A stretch of DNA of 30,570 nt, from the IMG/VR virus record IMGVR_UViG_3300023246_000619, positions 1 through 30,570 of that record. One strand, written 5' to 3'. A program made the translations under genes and the position numbers. Numbering within the stretch: position 1 is the first letter of the stretch; each line of letters opens with the position of its first letter. Positions 8,873-16,307 of the stretch are shown piece after piece. The notes under the pieces were generated by a model. It searched no databases. It worked only from the letters and a program-made list of their open reading frames with translations, and was not told the origin of the DNA. This DNA comes from a virus (lineage: Duplodnaviria; Caudoviricetes).

Positions 8873-10088
8873 GTGCCCGCTCCTTCGCCTTTACTTTGCG
8901 ACTTGCCTGGAAGTGTTCGATGATAGGATCCATTGAGACTAAGTCATTTCTTGTTGCAATTCGATCCGTATCATAAATGAAACAGTATTCTCGAGGTAGT
9001 TGAACAACCTTCAGATCGTTCCTACGTCGCAATACTGTTTGGAATGTGTGCTGATCCCACTTGTTCCGAAACTTCCCTTGTTCCGTGATCCATTGTTCAA
9101 CCATGAACCGAACACCAGGAGTGTTTCGAAGAAAGACAGTACCTGTCTGAGCTTGCCCACCTCGGGAATGATAACCTACGTCTCCAATGAAATCCTCTAG
9201 ACCTACGGGGAATCGACGAATGATAGCATCTGCATCCACCCACAAGATGTCTTGATCCGGGAATTGTTTCATCGCAGTCAGAAGTACAGATGGCTTCTGT
9301 CCGCAGTTCCTTACCCAGTTTCCCAAATCGGGGCGATCATCCATCCACACCTGAATACCCAAACGCTCAGCTGACGCAGCCATGCGTTCAGCCTTTTCCC
9401 TGTAGTAGGCATTGGTGAAGTATGAGACAACGACAAAATCTCCAACTGGGGCTGGAGCCATTGTACCGGCTCTTCGTGGCCAGGACACTACAAGAGGAAA
9501 CCCCTTGATACTTGAGGTCACCGACGCATTCAATACCCGCCCTTCGGGGATGAGATGTTTGGCGGCGAACTCGAAGTTGTGTCGGAACTGAATCCATGGA
9601 CGAACGTTGTTAACCGGATACCCGTCATGCCACCATTGCTGTTTCTGTTCCTTTGTTGGGTTAAGATCGAATCCCAACAAGTACACAGGATTGGCCCCAA
9701 GCAATAGAGCAAGGTTCATTGCACCGTAACCAGAATTGGCTCCACTACCCAATCCTTGTTTCAGGTCATCAGTAATCACCTGTTCTCCGGCAACGGAGAC
9801 TTCAATAATCCTATCGTGAAGCACTTCCGGGACTCTGGCAGCACTACCCCTATGATGCACCAGATAACCTTCAAAGGCCTTTGCTTGTTCCACGAACCAT
9901 GAATAGAAACGAGTATCCATGGAAAAGAGTACATCAGCCCAAGGCACGGTTTCACATGCCCTATTCACCGCAATGCAGTTTTCGCCCCTAAGCAGTTCCC
10001 AGTCAAAACCAATAAGCGAAGGACCACCTCCAATGACGAAGGCTCGCTTACCAACCCAATCTGGTTTTAGACTAAGTACTTGTTCCAT
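8865..10088 (-). CDS. Fusion of an N-terminal DUF115/MptE/Maf-like domain and a C-terminal GT-A nucleotide-diphospho-sugar transferase
   Basis: N-terminal AFVIGGGPSL, IAVN, NSGYGAMNLALLLGANPVYLLGFD. C-terminal VVSYFT, QKPSVL, ILWVDADA (DxD), TGTVFL, WDQ, IEHFQAS. Confidence 0.8.
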   Translation of the reverse strand: MEQVLSLKPDWVGKRAFVIGGGPSLIGFDWELLRGENCIAVNRACETVPWADVLFSMDTRFYSWFVEQAKAFEGYLVHHRGSAARVPEVLHDRIIEVSVAGEQVITDDLKQGLGSGANSGYGAMNLALLLGANPVYLLGFDLNPTKEQKQQWWHDGYPVNNVRPWIQFRHNFEFAAKHLIPEGRVLNASVTSSIKGFPLVVSWPRRAGTMAPAPVGDFVVVSYFTNAYYREKAERMAASAERLGIQVWMDDRPDLGNWVRNCGQKPSVLLTAMKQFPDQDILWVDADAIIRRFPVGLEDFIGDVGYHSRGGQAQTGTVFLRNTPGVRFMVEQWITEQGKFRNKWDQHTFQTVLRRRNDLKVVQLPREYCFIYDTDRIATRNDLVSMDPIIEHFQASRKVKAKERAHG

Positions 10089-10093
10089 ATCTA

Positions 10094-10927
10094 CTACGGC
10101 CTCAACAAACGTTCAACGAGTCGTACGGTATCCTGTGCTTCCCTAACACCTACTGTTACACCGCCACAAACAATGGCTTCATAACATTTCTGGTGCAAGT
10201 CGGTAAACCCATTACTGAAGTCTATGACTTTGGAGCCTCCAGGCCCCTGAAGGCTAAGTTCCCGTTGTACAGTGCCTTCGTCCTGAACAGCCAATACCCA
10301 TTCAACCTCAGCAGTGGCGAAAGTCAAAACCCCTCGGGCGAAATCAGGCCTGGTATGTTCACAGCCCGCATCTACGATTGGACCGAACAACCAAGTCAAG
10401 AGATCGAACAGGTGAATCCCGATGTTGAATAGAATCCCACCAGACTGGAAATCGATTCCCTTCCACGACTTCCAATACCAATCGCCCCGAATCGCAGTGT
10501 ACCGTAACTTGACTTGATACGGCCCATTTCCCAATTCGGCTCGTAAGGCTATTGCTTCGGGGTGATGTCTCAATTGGAGAATGGTATGTACGGGAACATC
10601 ACCTTCGCACAGGGGGGTGATTTGAGAGGAATTCAGGGAAAGAGGCTTCTCACAAATCACTCCCCGCAAGGCTAGTCGTTGCCCCAGCAAGCAGTGGGCA
10701 ACGTGAAGATAGTTAGGTGTACAGATAACAAGGTAGTCGAATTGAACGTTGACTAGTTCTTCAATCGTCTGGAAGTATCGACACCTGGGGAAGATTCGAT
10801 CTAGATAGCCTACAGTCGTAGCTGGATCAACTGCAGCTACTAAGTCACCACCAATGGCATGAATTGTTTCAACATGCCTTGGGGCAATATAGCCTGCGGC
10901 ACCGACTATGGCGAAAGTTGGGATCAT
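10094..10927 (-). CDS. wbpB: Gfo/Idh/MocA oxidoreductase, WbpB-like (UDP-GlcNAcA 3-dehydrogenase family)
   Basis: FAIVGAAGYIAPRH, ICTPNYLH, ICEKPL, ILQLRHHP, RGDWYWKSWKG...SGGILFNIGIHLFD and FSNGFTDLH are characteristic of WbpB/WlbA. Confidence 0.85.
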   Translation of the reverse strand: MIPTFAIVGAAGYIAPRHVETIHAIGGDLVAAVDPATTVGYLDRIFPRCRYFQTIEELVNVQFDYLVICTPNYLHVAHCLLGQRLALRGVICEKPLSLNSSQITPLCEGDVPVHTILQLRHHPEAIALRAELGNGPYQVKLRYTAIRGDWYWKSWKGIDFQSGGILFNIGIHLFDLLTWLFGPIVDAGCEHTRPDFARGVLTFATAEVEWVLAVQDEGTVQRELSLQGPGGSKVIDFSNGFTDLHQKCYEAIVCGGVTVGVREAQDTVRLVERLLRP

Positions 10928-10933
10928 TGAATC

Positions 10934-11521
10934 CTAGTGTTTGTCGGTATGCTCGTAGAAGTTGAGAGTGAGACTACCTTCATTGTTGTCGACGTACGAA
11001 GTCAGTCGAATCAGGTACTTCGTTCCCGCCTTGAGAACGAATTCGTGCCGATCGCCACTTGCTCCGGCTTTGGCGACTGCTTCGGTATCCATGAGAACAT
11101 CGGGTTCTGCCTTCGTCACAGTCACCGCATTCTTGGCTGTGATTGTGGCCAAAGTAGCGACCTTGCTTCGATTCCGGTTGACTGCAACCTGAGCAACGCC
11201 ACCGGAAACACTGTAGTGATCCGTATCGCCATCGTCTTCGAACAGTTCCCAGAAAGCCGGAACATTGGCTTCACCGGAAATGGAAAGATGCCCCAACTTC
11301 GTACCTGCCGGCGTCACCAATTCGAAAGTCAATGGCGCAGCAATGTCGAGGGCATTGAGTGCGGATCGCTGACTCAAGACGAAACTGGATCCTGCATGGA
11401 TCTCGTGATGAGCGTAGTCGATTGTCTGGAGCGAATTGGTTGAACCATCGATCCGGACTTCGTCAATGTCGTTTTCATTGGAAGAGGAGAAACGCCCCCT
11501 CAGTAGGGTCCATAGACTCAT
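10934..11521 (-). CDS. Hypothetical protein (195 aa), predicted beta-rich, possibly virion-associated
   Basis: ATG 11521 is coupled to the upstream stop (TAATG). Contains an LQTIDYAHHEIHAG motif. Confidence 0.65.
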   Translation of the reverse strand: MSLWTLLRGRFSSSNENDIDEVRIDGSTNSLQTIDYAHHEIHAGSSFVLSQRSALNALDIAAPLTFELVTPAGTKLGHLSISGEANVPAFWELFEDDGDTDHYSVSGGVAQVAVNRNRSKVATLATITAKNAVTVTKAEPDVLMDTEAVAKAGASGDRHEFVLKAGTKYLIRLTSYVDNNEGSLTLNFYEHTDKH

Positions 11522-11742
11522 TACGATTCCTCCTGTTTCGGGGATTCGCCTAGAAATACCTGGCGGAAGTGTTCTTCGTCTGGAGCCTCCAAAAACACTT
11601 CCGCAAACCATTTCCAATCAGCCCGAACATGTCTTGAGATGAGTTTGGCTGTACCGGCATCGACTCCACGGGCTAGAAGGCGATAATACAAACCACCCCA
11701 CCAGCTCCATTTCGGCCGACGTTGGAAAGCGGGTACAGCCAT
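11521..11742 (-). CDS. Hypothetical protein (73 aa)
   Basis: AAGGAG RBS upstream; the stop is coupled to the next start. Confidence 0.6.
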   Translation of the reverse strand: MAVPAFQRRPKWSWWGGLYYRLLARGVDAGTAKLISRHVRADWKWFAEVFLEAPDEEHFRQVFLGESPKQEES

Positions 11743-11872
11743 GACCTCAGCTCCTTAGAGCTCTTTGTCTCTTCCCGATTGGGGAAGTTTAACGGTGAAT
11801 CAATTGTACGGACCGCTACGAGCACCGACGGCTCGCCGTTTCCGATTCAATCTCCAACGCAAGTTGAATGAA

Positions 11873-12394
11873 TCAACGAATAGGCGGTATGGGTTCGTTA
11901 ATCGAAGGAGTCCTGTTTTGCCCCGTGGTACCAGCCGTGTCGACAGTCGAACTGCCATGACCAGCGCCCTCGGGGCGGATCTGAATGTAGACTCCGAAGG
12001 CCCCTTTCGCTTCCGACATGAACTCCGCTTTCTCGGCCGTGATCCATTTGATGGCGTCGAGAAGTGCAGTTGTGTCGGATCCGGGCTTTTCCATCGCCAG
12101 CTCGAGTCTCGCGATACTGGCGTCATACGCCAAAAGAGACTGGGCAATCGCCTTTACTGCTTCCGACGATTTCGGCGCACCATCGGTATCGATGTTGTAA
12201 ACCGTGCCCTCGCTCTTGATGACGTAGGTTGCACCGGCCTGATCACGAGCCGTCTGGGCGCCGACCGTATTGGTGCCCGTTTGGGGATCGGTCCTGGCTC
12301 CGGTGCCTGCACCAGTTCCGCAACCCAAACAAACAACGAGCACCCCGATCAACAGGATGAACATGATTCCCCCGGAACGAATCAAAGGCCACAT
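11873..12394 (-). CDS. Putative lipoprotein
   Basis: AAGGAGGT RBS before ATG 12394; hydrophobic stretch MFILLIGVLVV followed by lipobox-like CLGC and a Gly/Thr linker. Confidence 0.65.
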   Translation of the reverse strand: MWPLIRSGGIMFILLIGVLVVCLGCGTGAGTGARTDPQTGTNTVGAQTARDQAGATYVIKSEGTVYNIDTDGAPKSSEAVKAIAQSLLAYDASIARLELAMEKPGSDTTALLDAIKWITAEKAEFMSEAKGAFGVYIQIRPEGAGHGSSTVDTAGTTGQNRTPSINEPIPPIR

Positions 12395-12417
12395 TCGATA
12401 CACCTCCTTTTCCGAAC

Positions 12418-12654
12418 CTATTCAGTTGCCTTCTTCACAAGTTTGCTGAGGGCAACTTCGGTCCCCTGCTGTATGTTGATTGTCTTGATTCGCTTCTTCA
12501 GAACCCTTGAATCATTCGGTTCCATGTGCTCGATCTGAAGAACAATGGATTCAATGATCTTGCCGTATTTCGCCTTCCCCAGGTGCTTGAGGATTGCGGC
12601 GGCAATTCCCAGGATGGTAGTGATTACCGCCCAGTTCTCATTGATCCATTCCAT
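12418..12654 (-). CDS. Small single-TM membrane protein (holin-like)
   Basis: MEWINENWAVITTILGIAAAIL transmembrane helix followed by a basic tail. Confidence 0.55.
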   Translation of the reverse strand: MEWINENWAVITTILGIAAAILKHLGKAKYGKIIESIVLQIEHMEPNDSRVLKKRIKTINIQQGTEVALSKLVKKATE

Positions 12655-12655
12655 C

Positions 12656-13012
12656 TTAGGTTCCCTTGGCCACAATGGCCTTGAGTAGATCCTTCATTTC
12701 CCGAAGTAGCTCTTCTTCCCGGTCTTCATGTGCTGACAATTGATCATACATCTTTTCCAGAAGACGCGTTTGTGCCCCGGCAAGGTCGGATTGCTTTTCT
12801 ATGACCTTTAACAATCGACGAGGGAAATACGTCAACGGAGTTCCTTCACCATCAGTTCGTGTTACCACGTTCCTGATCGCTTTCAGAAGTTCACGATCCT
12901 GTATCGTGAAACTTCCCCCACTTCTGGACGGAGCGAATCGCTCGACTAGTTTGAAAGCGGCGAACACCACCGCTACAATGGAACCTGCTATGACTGCTCC
13001 CAGTTCGTTCAA
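12656..13012 (-). CDS. Membrane protein with N-terminal TM and C-terminal coiled coil
   Basis: AGGAG RBS with TTG start; LGAVIAGSIVAVVFAAF TM helix; helical C-terminus. Confidence 0.6.
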   Translation of the reverse strand: MNELGAVIAGSIVAVVFAAFKLVERFAPSRSGGSFTIQDRELLKAIRNVVTRTDGEGTPLTYFPRRLLKVIEKQSDLAGAQTRLLEKMYDQLSAHEDREEELLREMKDLLKAIVAKGT

Positions 13013-13023
13013 CGAGGATGCTC

Positions 13024-14496
13024 CTATGATACACGAATACGGTCCCCTAGGGGATCCTGTGTTCCTGAATTGAACATCTGGATAGCGATCCTTAGGGCCA
13101 TTTCCAATGCATCCGGCCCATCGTCATGATCTCCGTTTGGAAAGTCCATGAGTTGATGCACTAACATCATGGTTCCGGGGGTTCTCCGGAAACGCATGTT
13201 TTTCCGAGCCAAGTACGGACCCAGTCGTCGGATGCGTACTTGCTTGTTTGTCGTATTGAGAATGGGTGATATTGGAAGCATGATCCCACGTCTTTTCGAC
13301 TCTTCTGCGAAGTCGTTGACTAGGAGCTCTTGAAAGGCGTTTGACTCAACTCCAAACATATCTGGCTGAAACAGGGATCCTAGCTCTACCCCGTGGGCAA
13401 CAATCTCATCCGTCGTCCTACGGGCCATGTCACATTCAATCCACAGGATCCCGTCTTTGTCTCTTGCCAATTTGACGAAGGCACAGTAGTCTCCGAACTT
13501 TGCATCCTTCCCCTTTGAAGGATCGCAGCTCATTGTCTTGACTGTGAAAGTGTTCCCATTCATTGAATGGGGCCATTCGTCAAACCAGATATGATCCCCG
13601 AAGTGAGACGCTGGCCACTCGCAGTTCTCGGGGTTGATTGGATTTCCCTGTTTCTCAGCTTCGAAGGCCGCATGCCCTTCGGCCCTAAGACACATCAGCA
13701 TATACAAGTCTTCTTCCGCTGGCCAAAGGACTTGGGCATCTATCTCCATCTTCTCCTTATGGGAGCGGAAGAAGGCAAGGGCCCTTTCTTCCCGTCCTTT
13801 GGCATTAGGAGAACAATACAGCTCCTCCCATTCAGCCCACAAGTCCATATGCCTCGGCCATGAGACAACTGACTTGTAAAGCCAATTCTGCCAACCTGGG
13901 GCTTCTCTCGTTCTGAGAACCATACAGTCTCGATGCAGAGCGGTTCCCGCCATGAGAAAATTGGTGCGTTTGTTTCCCGCCTTGAGAACGGCTCTATTCA
14001 GCCACTCCCAGTCTTTATCCCTTTGGGACGGGGAAAGGACATTTTCATCATTCTGGGGATCGTCGAGTACTATGCAGCTAGGCCTCGTAGTACCGGATCT
14101 ACGGCCCCTGATCTTCTTTCCCGTTCCGAGAGCTTCGATCCGAACACCATTGCGAAGCTCGATCACCCCGCTTCTCCATACGGGACCTTTACCAAAGACG
14201 TGGGGATAAGCCTTCTCGATCCGGGAGTTGGTCTCGAGCTCTTCCTTCAATGCATCCAATTGAAGGTTAGCTTGGTCACCGGTATCTGAAATGAGGATGA
14301 TGTAAGGTTCCCAACCTTCCAATGCTGCCCGCAACGGATAGCAAAGGCTCATCCAAGTCGACTTCGCATTACCCCGAGGGGCGGTGATTGAGTACTTAAC
14401 ACCCCGTTTACGATTCAACATCCCTAGTAGACTCGCTAGGGACTTATGCATTCGACTTGATTCACTGGTTAAGTAATGGGGCAAGAATGCTTGCAT
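13024..14496 (-). CDS. terL: Terminase large subunit
   Basis: APRGNAKST Walker A, IRGRR...RPSCIVLDD Walker B, GTALH coupling motif, nuclease motifs CDPS...GDY, VESNAFQ and FPNGDHDDGPDA. The true start is uncertain (see findings). Confidence 0.95.
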   Translation of the reverse strand: MQAFLPHYLTSESSRMHKSLASLLGMLNRKRGVKYSITAPRGNAKSTWMSLCYPLRAALEGWEPYIILISDTGDQANLQLDALKEELETNSRIEKAYPHVFGKGPVWRSGVIELRNGVRIEALGTGKKIRGRRSGTTRPSCIVLDDPQNDENVLSPSQRDKDWEWLNRAVLKAGNKRTNFLMAGTALHRDCMVLRTREAPGWQNWLYKSVVSWPRHMDLWAEWEELYCSPNAKGREERALAFFRSHKEKMEIDAQVLWPAEEDLYMLMCLRAEGHAAFEAEKQGNPINPENCEWPASHFGDHIWFDEWPHSMNGNTFTVKTMSCDPSKGKDAKFGDYCAFVKLARDKDGILWIECDMARRTTDEIVAHGVELGSLFQPDMFGVESNAFQELLVNDFAEESKRRGIMLPISPILNTTNKQVRIRRLGPYLARKNMRFRRTPGTMMLVHQLMDFPNGDHDDGPDALEMALRIAIQMFNSGTQDPLGDRIRVS

Positions 14497-14537
14497 CCAT
14501 GGAAACAGATCGAGCCCAGTAGCCTCCGTAACCGTCT

Positions 14538-15263
14538 TTAGGAGGCCTGTGCCGATTCCGCCAAGGAGCTTGTTTCCGTAGTTTGCGATTCGACACCCGT
14601 TGATACAGCAACCAGGTTTAAGATTCGATGTCCAATGCGTTCACGCTGATCGGGGTCCTGAACCTCGTCAACGATTACGGCAATGATACTCTGAATTGTC
14701 TGCTTTACTTCGGTATGAGTAACCCGCAGTTCTGAGGGCTTATCGAGACCCAGCAGTTTACTGCGTCTTTCCATTAGTCTGAGTACATGAGCATAAACCC
14801 GCACTACGGCATCTAACTTCTTGATTGGGTCAATATTGCGGGTTTCGTCGAGTTCAATCAAACGGGCCCTTAGATCGGCCTCGTCCTTATCAATACATGT
14901 TGATTGATGCTGAACGAATAGATCAAAGCAGCCGACTCGAGTTTCTTTCCATTCCTCCGATATGCGGTCTAGATCCCCTCTAACCGATGCCGTTGAAACG
15001 TTTAAGAGCTCTGCGATCTTGTTTCTCGTCCAGCCCTTTAACACCAGTTCAGCCACCTTGGCGGAACGCAGCCTTAACTGGACCTGTTTCAAGATGCGGA
15101 AGTTAGGCTTCTCTCCAATATGCGGCATCTCACGATACCCATGCTTTACCAAGTACTGAGTGATACCATTTGGTTGCGATAGTATCCCTACAGTATCTTC
15201 TGCCGAAACTTCTGGCCTATGGTGCTTGGGAGGACGCCCGTTCACTTGACTGAACCCAGCCAT
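14538..15263 (-). CDS. terS: Terminase small subunit (HTH-containing)
   Basis: HTH GWTRNKIAELLNVSTASVRGDL, ERRSKLLGLD motif, position directly upstream of terL, GAGGA RBS. Confidence 0.75.
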   Translation of the reverse strand: MAGFSQVNGRPPKHHRPEVSAEDTVGILSQPNGITQYLVKHGYREMPHIGEKPNFRILKQVQLRLRSAKVAELVLKGWTRNKIAELLNVSTASVRGDLDRISEEWKETRVGCFDLFVQHQSTCIDKDEADLRARLIELDETRNIDPIKKLDAVVRVYAHVLRLMERRSKLLGLDKPSELRVTHTEVKQTIQSIIAVIVDEVQDPDQRERIGHRILNLVAVSTGVESQTTETSSLAESAQAS

Positions 15264-15305
15264 CGCTTAGTCCTCGAGTAGTAGAACTGTCCTATCTCAA
15301 CTACT

Positions 15306-15334
15306 ATTATATCATAACCATCGGCAGAAAGCAA
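15306..15334 (-). promoter_or_regulatory. Sigma70-type leftward promoter for the packaging/head operon
   Basis: Minus-strand TTGCTT-17 nt-TATAAT with an extended -10 TG, about 40 nt upstream of terS. Confidence 0.75.
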
Positions 15335-15403
15335 GGATTAATTAAGAAAACCTTTTCATATGGCTGCATCAGTTCGAGCATCCCTAGGGGCCTATCTATG
15401 GCT

Positions 15404-15976
15404 CCAGCACAGGGGGGAGATGCTAGCATTTGGCCACTCGGTAAACCGACAAATGCTAGCATTTCCGTTCCAATCTGCCGATGGCTACCCAAACGCCCCA
15501 CCGCTCTAGAAGCCCTCACAACGGCCAGTAGACGCTGTCTAACGCGCACCTGTTTCCTGGAGGCTCCACAGAGCTCCAAACCAGACCGCGTTCCACACGG
15601 ATATGAGCCTAAAACCCATAAAACACAGGGTTATCTAGGTAAACCATGCGCCCAATAGCTAATTCCCTCATAAACCGACCAAATGCTAGCATCGAACAGG
15701 CCCTTCGACCACCACAAATGGCTTGACTATTGCGCACCCCCTCTCTAACCGCGCTCAACGCACTCTAGACGTCATATACGCACCGGTTGTTTTTTGGAGC
15801 CTCCACAGCGCGACCAGCACAGGGAGAGCACAATCCAGTCTTAAACTGTCTGCGTTTTATGGGATTAGTCGCCCCCCCAGGAGAGCCGTGAATCTGTATT
15901 TCTTTAGAGATGATTTTAGACAATTTATTGATATAAGATAGCTCAACGAGCGCCTCTCCGGGGGGGTTGACTATTG
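15404..15976. repeat. Cluster of palindromes and degenerate direct/inverted repeats in the divergent intergenic region
   Basis: ATGCTAGCAT x3 (15420, 15453, 15683), TAAACCGAC x2 (15442, 15671), TGGAGSCTCCACAG x2 (15558, 15795), TTGACTATTG x2 (15723, 15967), CCAGCACAGGG x2 (15404, 15814), and an inverted repeat at 15872-15885/15954-15966. Confidence 0.75.
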
Positions 15977-16039
15977 TGGTAGTTAAACATAAAGCACCCA
16001 AGAGTGTAATGATAGTCGAAGGTTTCCCTTATTTTCTCC

Positions 16040-16068
16040 TTGATGTCTCATGCTGAATCAGTTATAAT
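16040..16068 (+). promoter_or_regulatory. Sigma70-type rightward promoter P1
   Basis: TTGATG-17 nt-TATAAT, followed by an AGGAG RBS and ATG 16092. Confidence 0.8.
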
Positions 16069-16091
16069 AGATCATCACGATAGGAGAAGAC

Positions 16092-16304
16092 ATGTACGTT
16101 CGACCTAACTTCCAGTCAAAGTCAGCACTCAAAGCAGCCCTAGTAAGGGGAGAAAGAATCATCGCCTTTCAACCCAATTCGCTTTTCCCCTCAGCCAATA
16201 CGACCGATGGAGAAGTCTCTATCGAAGGGCCTCACTCACCCGAGCCACATACCTGGTATGCGAGAGCACGCCTACTCAATGGCATAGTCGAGGAAGTGAT
16301 CTAA
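16092..16304 (+). CDS. Small phage protein of unknown function (70 aa)
   Basis: Promoter and AGGAG RBS upstream. The EGPH.PEPH.WYA motif is one I recall from small phage proteins. Confidence 0.75.
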   Translation: MYVRPNFQSKSALKAALVRGERIIAFQPNSLFPSANTTDGEVSIEGPHSPEPHTWYARARLLNGIVEEVI

Positions 16305-16307
16305 TCA

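Noticed and set aside
11800-12147. Alternate-frame ORF nested in the lipoprotein gene as an Rz/Rz1-type embedded spanin
   Set aside because: No signal peptide, lipobox or TM segment; the sequence is Arg-rich and looks off-frame.
11765-12538. 257-aa plus-strand ORF (also 4710-5417 +, 23516-24280 -, 25259-25837 -)
   Set aside because: Antisense shadows of well-supported genes with no recognisable motifs.
4092-14496. Host assignment to Planctomycetota from portal/TerL/protease resemblance
   Set aside because: Based only on my recollection of similar proteins; it needs a homology search or spacer match.
15404-15976. Intergenic repeats as a CRISPR or mini-array
   Set aside because: The repeats are short, heterogeneous and irregularly spaced, with no repeat-spacer periodicity.
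15307-16001. Four ORF-track ORFs in the intergenic region
   Set aside because: No convincing RBS or motifs, mutual overlaps, atypical composition, and they overlap promoter or repeat elements.
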